Positions 1-13,017 of a stretch of DNA of 64,000 nt are shown here, one piece after another. Numbering within the stretch: the stretch's first letter is position 1; each line of letters begins with the position of its first letter. Source of the stretch: Octopus sinensis (lineage: Eukaryota). The DNA lies in contig NC_043007.1 of NCBI RefSeq assembly GCF_006345805.1, forward strand, positions 51,274,001 through 51,338,000. Direction: 5' to 3'. The position numbers and the translations under genes are program-made. The notes under the pieces are model-generated. The model ran no database searches. It was not told where the DNA came from and worked only from the letters and a program-made list of their open reading frames with translations.

Positions 1-420
1 AGAGAAAGGACTCTTTATCAGTTGTTGGCTGTCTATCTACTTCTCATTTCGAGCATTCAACGACAATATAAGTCTTTAAAAACAGTTGCTCCCATAAATT
101 CTAAAATAGAATTTAAGATTTATGGAGGGTTGGGTACAAAAACATGACAGTGGTGACAAACAAAAATAAATATGTAGGGTCGTTAGACCAGAACGAGGGT
201 GAAATAGCTAAAGCTGGAGATATATTTTCTTTGAAAAGAGAAAAGATAGAATAGAGAGAGAGAAAACACGTCTGTTCTTTTGAACGTCCGTACAGGAAAA
301 GAAAGATGGTCACGCGAAGAAAAGAAAAATGAACGTCGTATATATATATATACATGCATATATATATATATATATATACTACGTGTGACTACCGTTCATT
401 TTTCTTTTGTTCAATTTCTT

Positions 421-487
421 TAGCTCAGTTGGTAAAGCACTTGACCGGTAATCACAGGGATGTGAGTCCGTGTCTCATGACTGGCCA
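421..487 (+). mobile_element. degenerate tRNA-like sequence, probably a SINE head
   Basis: A-box TAGCTCAGTTGG with D-arm-like GCTC..AAGC and anticodon-arm-like CTTGA-CCGGTAA-TCACAG. No acceptor stem and a poor B-box, so not a functional tRNA. Confidence 0.4.
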
Positions 488-559
488 CTGACAAATTTTT
501 CCGTAAAGTATGGATACTTTACTCTGTTCCTGATTTTCTGTCAGCGTTATTCTGCGTTT

Positions 560-668
560 AAATGGCGGCGAGCTGGCAGAAACGTTAGCACGCCGGGCAA
601 AATGCTTAGATGCTTCGTCCGTCTTTACAAAAATTTCGGGCCTTGTACCTAGCGTAGGAAATACTATT
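560..668 (+). mobile_element. tRNA-derived SINE fragment (internally deleted)
   Basis: GGCGGCGAGCTGGCAGAAACGTTAGCACGCCGGGCAAAATGCTTAG head; related copies at ~18365 (+) and ~47140-47245 (-). Confidence 0.6.
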
Positions 669-717
669 CTGCGTTTGAGAATAAAACATTTCCTTATCTG
701 TATCATATATACACGCA

Positions 718-780
<63 letters not shown>

Positions 781-1685
781 GCGGTTGGACTATAGCTGAA
801 AGTTGTGTAGCTGGACAGTGAAGTAGGGTATCAGATTAACAAGACAAAAATGAAAGGATATGGTCTTTGAGAATGAAAGTAAGAAGTGTTGATTTTTCAA
901 TTTAAGCAACATGTTAGGATTTCTAAATAAAACTCTGCCTTAGACAAATTGATAAACAAATTCATTGAGGGACACAGATAGATAGGTCGATAGGTAAAAT
1001 ATTCGTTTCATATAAGTTAAGGAATAGTTTCTTGAACTTTGTTTTCAGAAGAGAATAGCTATTTTACACACACATGCACATACACACGTACACACACACT
1101 CACACACATACACACTCACACACATATTAACTCGCTCACACACATACACTTAGGTTAATGATATATTGTATATATCAAGAAAGTACGTGAACATGCATGT
1201 GCCGGTCAATGTAAATGCATCCAAATTGATTGTCAACAATTCAAGCAGAGTTAATGTTTTATAATAAATTGTATTTCTTTCTTTATTCGTTGCTGTTCTG
1301 TGGCTATGTCTGAGTATTTGTAAAATGTAAATATTTAAAACTTTTAGTGGCTCCAATCTGGCAAATGTATATATATTTGTATTATATTATATATTGTATA
1401 ATATACTACAAATATGGACATCAATGTTTCGCTATCGTTCAGGCATACCAGCAAATGGTCTTTACACCATTTTATATAGAATCGGGGACAAGCAATTCAT
1501 TCGGTTCAGGTACGTTATGTTGTCAAGCCGCAAACAATGGCGAAACGTCGATGTCCATAGCGTCTGAATGGGATTGGGGTGAGTTATTTCGCCTGTCTAT
1601 GACATTTATGTATGTATTTATGTATGTATGTATGAAGTCAGGACGCCATGATAGATCGTTAGCTTCTACACGCATTTTTTTCTGT

Positions 1686-1822
1686 GTATCTTTCTGTCGA
1701 AGAGCGTAGGCTCGAAACGTAAAATACTTTTTCTATTTCTATTCCTGGGCGCTATACTAATACATTTGTTTGTTTGTACTCCACCTGCCTTCGTCTTTTG
1801 TTTATTTTCGTAAACTTTCCCG
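1686..1822 (+). mobile_element. short PLE pseudo-LTR-type fragment with degenerate minimal HHR
   Basis: TTT-CTGTCGA-A-GAGC-GTAG-GCTC-GAAAC-GT-A-AAA (A6>T in the core). The 3' part recurs at 2571-2717 and ends at TA-rich microsatellite. Confidence 0.7.
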
Positions 1823-1871
1823 TCATGTGTATATATATGTACATGTGTGTGTATGTGAATGTTATGTATTC

Positions 1872-1933
<62 letters not shown>

Positions 1934-2188
1934 AGTAAATAAATGGAGTTGAACGAAGATGTTATTAAAATTCTTTTACTTTCGACATATGTTTCGAAGA
2001 CAACATTGGTTTTATTCCAAAGGAATAAACGGTGTAAAATGCAATCTTCTCACTGGAATTGAATATACCTCTCGAACTAACAGTATCAGGTATATTCAAC
2101 GTCAGTACCGCCGAATTAAAAATATATGAATGAGGTTCATCACCATCCCCTGCCCATTTAATATTTTTAATATTTAATATTGTGAAGT

Positions 2189-2271
2189 CCCATGCTGATG
2201 AAGAAAATGTTCGGGTAAAGTATAAATTCTACATTCTTTATACCGATCTAATTCCGAAACGCGTACATGGG
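2189..2271 (+). ncRNA. type I hammerhead ribozyme
   Basis: CCCATG-CTGATGA...GAAAC-GC-GTA-CATGGG: perfect 6-bp stem I, intact core, long stem II whose first pair is A.C. Confidence 0.75.
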
Positions 2272-2725
2272 TAATCAAATATCGATTGATTTTCGTTATT
2301 TTTCCTCACTGCCTGCGTGGATTGTTTTCGAATACTTTGTTTTTTTCCGGGAGTCTCTTTTTAAAGAAGAGGAAATAGCTAAGGTTCTTTGGCTGCTATT
2401 TCTAAACTTCGGTATGTGGTAAAGCAAATCTTTGCTGAACCCTAATTATAAAGTATTACTTAAGTTTACCATGAAATGGTCCTTTTTCATGCCGAATTCT
2501 ACTTGGTGAAATTATTGATTACTAGTTAATTAATAAATTTTACTCTTTGTTATTATTTATTTATATATCGTAGGCTCGAAACGTTAAAGCCTTGTTTTAT
2601 TTATATTCCTGAGCGCCATACTAATACAAGTGTTTGTTTGTATTCCACCTGCCTTCGTCTTTTGTTTATTTCCGTAAACCTGCCTTCGTCTTTTTTCTAT
2701 TTTCATAAAGCTTCCCGTTATATAT

Positions 2726-2791
<66 letters not shown>

Positions 2792-2829
2792 TATATGTAT
2801 ATATATATTACAGGCTTCACCTGGTTTTT

Positions 2830-4450
2830 CATTATTTATTCCTTATCGCAGTCAGTTTTCTATAAAGCGATAAACCTGTCCGAAGTAGTTATACAAGCAT
2901 CCTTAGCATTTTATGACATAAATCAAACTTTGGGAGTTGCAACTGAATTTTTTTATTTTTGTTTTGAACACTTGCCTATCCTTAAATTTGAATTACATGC
3001 CTTCAGCTAAATACATGAACCATTGTCTGGTCTACCACATTTGGTACACCTTGGGTGGGGTTCATGTTTGAAAAACTATGCCGAATTTCGAACGACTTTC
3101 AAAGTTTTCGGTTACCTATTGCTTTTGATGTTAAATTGATTGCCGAAGATTTTTCACTTTTTTTTCAAGCAGAATAAATATGTTGCTTTGTTTGTAGTCA
3201 AATATTTCATTATTTTGGAGATCAAAAGTAGAGATATATGTTAAAACATTTTGGAGGGCCTTTACTTTTTCTTTTTTGGAGATCATGGAGATCTAAATAT
3301 TTGCCCTTTCTATTCCACTTACAATAAGATTGAGAACAACACTCTTTGACTTATTTTTTCAGTGCTTCTAATTTTTTATTTCAAATTACAATATTTGATA
3401 CAATTGTGCAAATCCATTTTGAAAGGAATGCTTGTAATGGCAGAGATGTGAAACGAAGGTACTGTTTGGAATCTGTAAGTTGGTAGATGACAGATGTTTT
3501 TATTTTACTCATATTTATTCATGATTAAAATCTAAAAGTAGTAATTCGTTTTGATTGAGTTCCGTCGTAAACAGAATATTTTCGTTGATATTATTAAATT
3601 CTGAAATTTCGTTAGTATCTTTTAGAACATCCGGTCATAGAATTAAACAAGCATTGATGTAACTTTTCCAGTTTCCATTTAGATACGTGTTGAATGTCTC
3701 CAAATATATGAGTATCTTCTTCCTAGATTTTCTTTACGAGGTAAACCAGTAATAGATTGGCGTGTGTAGGGGCGATTTTGGTTACCATTGCAGTTCCGGA
3801 TATTTGACGGTATATACGGCAGTATGAGAGATCAGACCTTCAATGATAAAGTTTTTTTCCGATGGAATCTGATAATTCGACTTGATATGCATCTAACCAA
3901 TATTTTATTGCATTGCTTTCATAATCATGGGGAATATTTGTATATAGATTAATAACATCAAAAGAAATAATAATTGTATTTTCACTCACTGAGTTTGGTA
4001 TGTGATTAAGTTAATCCAAATCACCTTGGATAAAATTTTGTATGTGCTTTAAGAAAGGTTTTATTAAGAAGTCCAAAAAATTACTTAGCATGTGTATTTC
4101 ACATGCATGTTCTACTCTAACTGATCGGGATTCGAATCATCTGGAAGTGGCAGTTTGACATACGTAGATTAAAATTTTTATAGTTAGAGTTTTGTGAATT
4201 TGGGGTTGACCATAGAAATCGCTAGTTTTACACTAGAAATTGCTTATGTAAACTTCTTCGGTATCAACATTTACGTTTCGACTTAATACCTATTTTACAT
4301 AAAATTAGTATTGTGACGTGATGAAAGAGTGGGTAAAAGTTTAGTAATGTTTGTTCATTTCATCCAGTAGCGTGGCTAACTGTTAATGTATTTGAAAATA
4401 CTAAAGTCAATCCTTCTGGTTAAGATCTCTGATCTTGTCTTTAGATAAGT
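2830..4450 (-). pseudogene. decayed Penelope-like element (Neptune-type RT + GIY-YIG)
   Basis: Manual minus-strand translation gives FYGQPQIHK (~4200), YRQISGTAMVTKIAPTHANLL (~3760-3820), KCGRP (~3035) and FSCNSQSLIYVIKC*GCLYNYFGQ (~2880-2950); these match the ORF at 23042-24325. Boundaries approximate. Confidence 0.75.
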
Positions 4451-4620
4451 TGCAGAATTGCGAATGTGCAAGTCTGAGACCCTTTTCAGCTATACTTAAA
4501 AATCATTCATTTTCCAATTTCTATACACAGTATATTACTCAGCGACGTTTCATTTTATAGAAAACAAAAAGTTTATTTTCTTCACTCTTCTAGACGTAAT
4601 TTACTTTCCACTTCTATATA

Positions 4621-4692
<72 letters not shown>

Positions 4693-4705
4693 CATACATA
4701 GAAAC

Positions 4706-4780
<75 letters not shown>

Positions 4781-5214
4781 ATATACATATATATATGTTA
4801 TAATTTAGAGCAAACAATAATTTGTCATAATGCTCGGACTTTCGAATGTCGGAGCGAAGAGCTACGATGCATTCTCGTCGACTATTAATGGCAATAGACG
4901 CTATGAAAAGCTGTTGAATAAAAGAGTAGTTACTCTAATAGGTAGAAAAATAAAAAGATAAAAATACATGCAAACATATTCTCACAATACATAAATATAA
5001 ACCTTATGCGTTCATAACGTTTACATACGCACACACACGCACAAAAATTTATGTGTATGTACGTACTCATACATATCCACACACACAAGCACACATGTAT
5101 ATGTGTACGCAACGTCATCCTCAGATACACATGGGTGTTTGCATGAATACACATAACATAATACATATATATTTAGACATTTATATATATAAATATACGT
5201 ATATATATATATAT

Positions 5215-5257
<43 letters not shown>

Positions 5258-5465
5258 GTGAAATAGAAAGATGAATAATCTTGTAGTAGATTAATCAAAA
5301 GTTTAACCGATACCTTAGTAGCAAAAATCACAGCAGTGAACAGCACGGTTGGAGGTACAACCATCTGGCGTTGCAACCGTGCGTTGGTGCGGATAATTGA
5401 AATTAAAACATTATTGGTGAATTGAAGAAATGGAGCTGAACGCAGATTGAACAGAAATCGTTTTA

Positions 5466-5554
5466 TTTCATTCTACACGTGTTTCGAAAGGCACAAATTA
5501 CCAAAATCCGATTGAATAATGGGACCATATTGTGTCTTTCTCTTCAGGAAGAAA
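5466..5554 (-). ncRNA. type I hammerhead ribozyme in PLE pseudo-LTR
   Basis: Minus strand: TTTCTTC-CTGAAGA-GAAAG...CTTTC-GAAAC-ACGT-GT-A-GAATGAAA. Confidence 0.8.
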
Positions 5555-6164
5555 AAAGGAAATCCGTTGGAAAAACAAAAACAGAACAGAGGCAGAGCAA
5601 AAAACAAATCGAACTGTGCTCCTAAGAGCCCATGGCGAAACTGTTTATCAGTGTATGTTGAGAACCGGTGGCTGAAGAATTCAACAGGTCAGGCATCGGT
5701 CAAACATGTGGGTGAGGGTGTATAGATGTTCTTTGTGACCGAGAATAAAGTTCTGACTATTTAAAGAATATTGGATGTTTTATAAGGGGCGAGAAAAAAT
5801 CTACTTAGAGACGTGTGTGTGTGTATACTGTTCTATATATGTGTGTGTTGGCGTAGGGGTAGAAAACATTTTTTGTGTACGTGTGTGCGTTTGATCGTTC
5901 GGCTGTCAGTGGCTACTGCCGTGATAACCGTTGGGTGGCAGAAAGAAAAAAAATAAAGAAATTATATATATATATTTTATGTTTTATGTGTGTGTGTGTG
6001 TGTTCATCTAAGCCTACCTTGACAAGGAAACCCCCCGCTGTGAAAAAACAAGCCCCGTTTGTCTTACAGGAGTAATTTCCTTGCAGTGGTTAATTGTAGA
6101 TATCTTAAAATCTATTTCAGAATTTGTTACCAAGGGCTATGGGTGCCGGTCTTATTTATAAACG

Positions 6165-8849
6165 CTATTTAAAGGCCAGATAAGTGTAACGCCGCCAATG
6201 GGGGCATCGAAAAGCCGACTGTAAGAGCCCGTTTACCATCCGGCCTCTGGCAAACAAAATATGGAAGAGTTCGGAGACACAAAGGTTGCACTGTCTTCTG
6301 CCCCTATCAAATGGGAGGGCCACCGACAAAATTGACCATTCCAGCCTATAGCTTAAGTTCGCATCCTTCAGTCGCCATATTAGCTTACTGAGTCCCGTGG
6401 TCTGGCGCTTGTTCACGTCCCGAAAAGTTGCGTAATGGTTGGAGACACGCAAAGACAATCTTGAGGATGATGCCCCTATATAAGTGAAGGCATCTGAGTC
6501 CGTGTAAACCTTGCATTGGTAGACGGCGTTTCTGATCTTGGAGTTCGCCGACGTGAATCTTACTCTGCTAGGATTGGTTTCTGAAATTAGAACTGCGTTC
6601 CTGTCACTATATTCGTTCCGAGACCTGCAGCCGCTTACTACTCTATTTTCCACTACGTCACTATTAACTATAGGAATAACCCCTGATTCTCCACTATCTA
6701 TCAGAGTGCTGTCATTGCTACTGCCCGTGGTACTGCTATTGCGGGAAATGATGCTGGGGATGCTAAAGGGGCTCTCTACCCTACTCCCATTGTTACCATC
6801 AACCACAACACCCCTATTTATAACTATACCCCTAGTGGGTACTCCCTGGCTGGAGCTGAGATTATGTGTCACTGTACTGGCTCTCATATCATTATTACTA
6901 CTATAATTATTCCTACTGAGCATTAAACCGGGAGCGGAAGAGGCTGTGCCTCCGGAAAAAGGTGATAGGGTCTTAGTAAGTAGCCTATTATTATGGGAGG
7001 CGATTATCTGGGCGAGGTTTTTAGTGTTGGAGAAAGCTATCCTAACTTTATGTGAGTTAACCGTGGAGTAATATTTGGAATTTCTGGGGAAGTTATTGGC
7101 GATGGCTTGTCTAAACATGAGGGGGAGGTTAGTTCTAATCTGCTTACCAAAGGGGATTACAAACCATATATGCTTATTCCTATCAGTGTGATGGGTCGGG
7201 ACGCCAGCTCTCGCATTTGGGTGGGTGATTCTCGGATGAATAACGGGTCTTGGGTTAGTGTAAGACCTCCCGGACCGATAATTATCCTTGTTCGCTAAAT
7301 TAAATGCGGGAGCGACTACCCCGGTATCCGCCGCGCTCCCGTCCTTACTTAAAATGTTAATGTTATTATATACGGCCCTATCCTGATGACCGAATGATGG
7401 CATCGGAAGGGCCGGATCAATATAAATTACCTTCTGCCTATAACCGGCCTTGGATAGTGCGGCGTTATAAAAATCCGCTTTCTGCATAAAAATATCGGCA
7501 CTGGCGGACAGGCCAGACAATCTTAGAGAGATGTTTTTAACCAAATTGTCTGTTACGGTTTTGGCATGATTTGAGAAGACACTGACATACTTCAAATTAG
7601 TGGAAGGCTTATGGTAAGGGCAGTATGAGTCGCTATTAAGGTTAAGTGTAACGTCTAGGAAATTAGCCTTGGTGAGTTCGTTATCAAAAACTATACTCAT
7701 GCCCATTCTATTAAAAAACCTAGCTAACCTGCTCTTAGTTTTCTGCACTATTCTGTTCGTGGTGTTTTGCAGGTAAAACAGACAATCGTCACGATACAGG
7801 CCGCCCGCGATCTCCGGGAATTGATCGGACAATTCGTAGAGAATATATATTCCGACCAAATCGGCTATCTGCGCACTATCCGAACTACCCATAGGCACAT
7901 CAAATTCATTGGGAGTATCCTTACGGATCCACAGCTTATTATCAAACTTAATAAACGATTTCCTGGCAACTAAAATGATATCTATCTCTTCTCTGGTGAG
8001 GCCTGCCTTGTTGTGAGCATGCCAGAGGGCCTTATTAGCACACTAGGGTTAATCGAGGGGTAGAAGCTGGCGATATCAAACTGAATGAACCTAGTACGGT
8101 TCTTATTGGGGATGGAAGAGAACCACTTCACTACCTGCGAGCAGTTGGCCCAGAGGCTGAGCTTCAGCTTGTTTACTAAACTAGGGATATATTTATCTAA
8201 AATGTACTTACTGATTATCCCGATATCAGATCTAGCAGGGCATATGAGTCTTAGCGCTGGGTTGGTGTGGAAGTTAGGTTTATGGTCCTTCACTATAAAT
8301 CTGGGTTGCTTGGGGCTAAGCGGCTGAGTTCTCATTTGAATTCGGTGTTTAAATATTATATCCTTAATTTCCAAGTTTACCTTCCTCAGGGTACTCCAAT
8401 TGGTTTTTCTATAATTTTTCTTGATCTCTTTACCGAGTAAATCTAGGTACTGCTTAATGGGCATCTTGTATGTGTTCCTGGTCTTGTCGGACTGGACCAG
8501 GACTCCGTCCGTTCTATTAATGTCCTTGGTAATTTTATCTAGGTATCTGAGGTGGGCATTTCTCCTGGGTGACTTCCTGAACTTAATTTCTAACTATGTC
8601 CCACAAGTCGTCCTCAAACTTCTTCAGTCTTGGGTTCGGTGGCGGCGTATCCAATGTTTTAAAAAGCCGGCCGTATTCGGACGATGCAGTTGTCCGGTTC
8701 GATTTTAGATCTTCGTTCTCGTGGAAGAAAATGAGCCATCTTATCCGGTTTATGAATGCGTTGGTTTTACAAACCAACTCCTTAAGGAAGGCATCCTTTG
8801 GTGGTATAGGAATATCCTTAAGGGACGCATCAATCTCGAACAACTCCAT
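6165..8849 (-). CDS. PLE polyprotein copy 1 (RT + GIY-YIG endonuclease), split by frameshifts at ~8585 and ~8035
   Basis: N-terminal SLKDIPIPPK..RIRWLIFF; RT motifs QFDIASFYPSI, PMGSSDSAQIADLVG, LYRDD (7785-7796), NFLDVTL; endonuclease AVYQC..YIG..R..NH..LSKLIWRLK..CNLCVSE..CPH. Confidence 0.9.
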
Positions 8850-9107
8850 TATTGGCGTCGGTTAAAGTAGCAGTTTCTTGACGAAGCGGTATGTATTATG
8901 TGAAATAGAAAGATGAATAATCTTGTAGTAGATTAATCAAAAGTTTAACCGATACCTTAGTAGCAAAAATCACAGCAGTGAACAGCACGGTTGGAGGTAC
9001 AACCATCTGGCGTTGCAACCGTGCGTTGGTGCGGATAATTGAAATTAAAACATTATTGGTGAATTGAAGAAATGGAGCTGAACGCAGATTGAACAGAAAT
9101 CGTTTTA

Positions 9108-9195
9108 TTTCATTCTACACGTGTTTCGAAAGGCACAAATTACCAAAATCCGATTGAATAATGGGACCATATGTGTCTTTCTCTTCAGGAAGAAA
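9108..9195 (-). ncRNA. type I hammerhead ribozyme in second pseudo-LTR
   Basis: Same motif as 5466-5554. Confidence 0.8.
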
Positions 9196-9804
9196 AAAGG
9201 AAATCCGTTGGAAAAACAAAAACAGAACAGAGGCAGAGCAAAAAACAAATCGAACTGTGCTCCTAAGAGCCCATGGCGAAACTGTTTATCAGTGTATGTT
9301 GAGAACCGGTGGCTGAAGAATTCAACAGGTCAGGCATCGGTCAAACATGTGGGTGAGGGTGTATAGATGTTCTTTGTGACCGAGAATAAAGTTCTGACTA
9401 TTTAAAGAATATTGGATGTTTTATAAGGGGCGAGAAAAAATCTACTTAGAGACGTGTGTGTGTGTATACTGTTCTATATATGTGTGTGTTGGCGTAGGGG
9501 TAGAAAACATTTTTTGTGTACGTGTGTGCGTTTGATCGTTCGGCTGTCAGTGGCTACTGCCGTGATAACCGTTGGGTGGCAGAAAGAAAAAAAATAAAGA
9601 AATTATATATATATATTTTATGTTTTATGTGTGTGTGTGTGTTCATCTAAGCCTACCTTGACAAGGAAACCCCCCGCTGTGAAAAAACAAGCCCCGTTTG
9701 TCTTACAGGAGTAATTTCCCTTGCAGTGGTTAATTGTAGATATCTTAAAATCTATTTCAGAATTTGTTACCAAGGGCTATGGGTGCCGGTCTTATTTATA
9801 AACG

Positions 9805-12488
9805 CTATTTAAAGGCCAGATAAGTGTAACGCCGCCAATGGGGGCATCGAAAAGCCGACTGTAAGAGCCCGTTTGCCATCCGGCCTCTGGCAAACAAAAT
9901 ATGGAAGAGTTCGGAGACACAAAGGTTGCACTGTCTTCTGCCCCTATCAAATGGGAGGGCCACCGACAAAATTGACCATTCCAGCCTATAGCTTAAGTTC
10001 GCATCCTTCAGTCGCCATATTAGCTTACTGAGTCCCGTGGTCTGGCGCTTGTTCACGTCCCGAAAAGTTGCGTAATGGTTGGAGACACGCAAAGACAATC
10101 TTGAGGATGATGCCCCTATATAAGTGAAGGCATCTGAGTCCGTGTAAACCTTGCATTGGTAGACGGCGTTTCTGATCTTGGAGTTCGCCGACGTGAATCT
10201 TACTCTGCTAGGATTGGTTTCTGAAATTAGAACTGCGTTCCTGTCACTATATTCGTTCCGAGACCTGCAGCCGCTTACTACTCTATTTTCCACTACGTCA
10301 CTATTAACTATAGGAATAACCCCTGATTCTCCACTATCTATCAGAGTGCTGTCATTGCTACTGCCCGTGGTACTGCTATTGCGGGAAATGATGCTGGGGA
10401 TGCTAAAGGGGCTCTCTACCCTACTCCCATTGTTACCATCAACCACAACACCCCTATTTATAACTATACCCCTAGTGGGTACTCCCTGGCTGGAGCTGAG
10501 ATTATGTGTCACTGTACTGGCTCTCATATCATTATACTACTATAATTATTCCTACTGAGCATTAAACCGGGAGCGGAAGAGGCTGTGCCTCCGGAAAAAG
10601 GTGATAGGGTCTTAGTAAGTAGCCTATTATTATGGGAGGCGATTATCTGGGCGAGGTTTTTAGTGTTGGAGAAAGCTATCCTAACTTTATGTGAGTTAAC
10701 CGTGGAGTAATATTTGGAATTTCTGGGGAAGTTATTGGCGATGGCTTGTCTAAACATGAGGGGGAGGTTAGTTCTAATCTGCTTACCAAAGGGGATTACA
10801 AACCATATATGCTTATTCCTATCAGTGTGATGGGTCGGGACGCCAGCTCTCGCATTTGGGTGGGTGATTCTCGGATGAATAACGGGTCTTGGGTTAGTGT
10901 AAGACCTCCCGGACCGATAATTATCCTTGTTCGCTAAATTAAATGCGGGAGCGACTACCCCGGTATCCGCCGCGCTCCCGTCCTTACTTAAAATGTTAAT
11001 GTTATTATATACGGCCCTATCCTGATGACCGAATGATGGCATCGGAAGGGCCGGATCAATATAAATTACCTTCTGCCTATAACCGGCCTTGGATAGTGCG
11101 GCGTTATAAAAATCCGCTTTCTGCATAAAAATATCGGCACTGGCGGACAGGCCAGACAATCTTAGAGAGATGTTTTTAACCAAATTGTCTGTTACGGTTT
11201 TGGCATGATTTGAGAAGACACTGACATACTTCAAATTAGTGGAAGGCTTATGGTAAGGGCAGTATGAGTCGCTATTAAGGTTAAGTGTAACGTCTAGGAA
11301 ATTAGCCTTGGTGAGTTCGTTATCAAAAACTATACTCATGCCCATTCTATTAAAAAACCTAGCTAACCTGCTCTTAGTTTTCTGCACTATTCTGTTCGTG
11401 GTGTTTTGCAGGTAAAACAGACAATCGTCACGATACAGGCCGCCCGCGATCTCGGGAATTGATCGGACAATTCGTAGAGAATATATATTCCGACCAAATC
11501 GGCTATCTGCGCACTATCCGAACTACCCATAGGCACATCAAATTCATTGGGAGTATCCTTACGGATCCACAGCTTATTATCAAACTTAATAAACGATTTC
11601 CTGGCAACTAAAATGATATCTATCTCTTCTCTGGTGAGGCCTGCCTTGTTGTGAGCATGCCAGAGGGCCTTATTTAGCACACTAGGGTTAATCGAGGGGT
11701 AGAAGCTGGCGATATCAAACTGAATGAACCTAGTACGGTTCTTATTGGGGATGGAAGAGAACCACTTCACTACCTGCGAGCAGTTGGCCCAGAGGCTGAG
11801 CTTCAGCTTGTTTACTAAACTAGGGATATATTTATCTAAAATGTACTTACTGATTATCCCGATATCAGATCTAGCAGGGCATATGAGTCTTAGCGCTGGG
11901 TTGGTGTGGAAGTTAGGTTTATGGTCCTTCACTATAAATCTGGGTTGCTTGGGGCTAAGCGGCTGAGTTCTCATTTGAATTCGGTGTTTAAATATTATAT
12001 CCTTAATTTCCAAGTTTACCTTCCTCAGGGTACTCCAATTGGTTTTTCTATAATTTTTCTTGATCTCTTTACCGAGTAAATCTAGGTACTGCTTAATGGG
12101 CATCTTGTATGTGTTCCTGGTCTTGTCGGACTGGACCAGGACTCCGTCCGTTCTATTAATGTCCTTGGTAATTTTATCTAGGTATCTGAGGTGGGCATTT
12201 CTCCTGGGTGACTTCCTGAACTTAATTTCTAACTATGTCCCACAAGTCGTCCTCAAACTTCTTCAGTCTTGGGTTCGGTGGCGGCGTATCCAATGTTTTA
12301 AAAAGCCGGCCGTATTCGGACGATGCAGTTGTCCGGTTCGATTTTAGATCTTCGTTCTCGTGGAAGAAAATGAGCCATCTTATCCGGTTTATGAATGCGT
12401 TGGTTTTACAAACCAACTCCTTAAGGAAGGCATCCTTTGGTGGTATAGGAATATCCTTAAGGGACGCATCAATCTCGAACAACTCCAT
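9805..12488 (-). CDS. PLE polyprotein copy 2, split by frameshifts at ~12224, ~11453 and ~10535
   Basis: Same protein as copy 1. Its private 1-bp indels complement those of copy 1. Confidence 0.9.
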
Positions 12489-12871
12489 TATTGGCGTCGG
12501 TTAAAGTAGCAGTTTCTTGACGAAGCGGTATGTATTATGTGAAACGTACACAAAAAATGTTTTCTACCCCTACGCCAACACACACATATATAGAACAGTA
12601 TACACACACACACGTCTCTAAGTAGATTTTTTCTCGCCCCTTATAAAACATCCAATATTCTTTAAATAGTCAGAACTTTATTCTCGGTCACAAAGAACAT
12701 CTATACACCCTCACCCACATGTTTGACCGATGCCTGACCTGTTGAATTCTTCAGCCACCGGTTCTCAACATACACTGATAAACAGTTTCGCCATGGGCTC
12801 TTAGGAGCACAGTTCGATTTGTTTTTTGCTCTGCCTCTGTTCTGTTTTTGTTTTTCCAACGGATTTCCTTT

Positions 12872-12960
12872 TTTCTTCCTGAAGAGAAAGACACAATATG
12901 GTCCCATTATTCAATCGGATTTTGGTAATTTGTGCCTTTCGAAACACGTGTAGAATGAAA
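12872..12960 (+). ncRNA. type I hammerhead ribozyme in inverted pseudo-LTR
   Basis: CTGAAGA 12879-85; GAAAC 12941-45; GTA cleavage triplet 12950-52. Confidence 0.8.
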
Positions 12961-13017
12961 TAAAACGATTTCTGTTCAATCTGCGTTCAGCTCCATTTCT
13001 TCAATTCACCAATAATG

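Noticed and set aside
1-350. End of an unidentified repeat before the (TA)n at 340
   Set aside because: Cut by the window edge; no terminal or coding feature lets me classify it.
421-487. Functional tRNA-Thr gene
   Set aside because: No acceptor stem, broken anticodon stem and B-box.
6538-6906. Leu-rich 122-aa antisense ORF (also 10178-10558)
   Set aside because: TTG start; shadow of the Ser/Asn-rich sense insertion. No independent evidence.
6165-8849. Assignment to the Naiad/Chlamys PLE clade
   Set aside because: The endonuclease is C-terminal to RT here; Naiad/Chlamys have it N-terminal. The exact clade needs a phylogeny.
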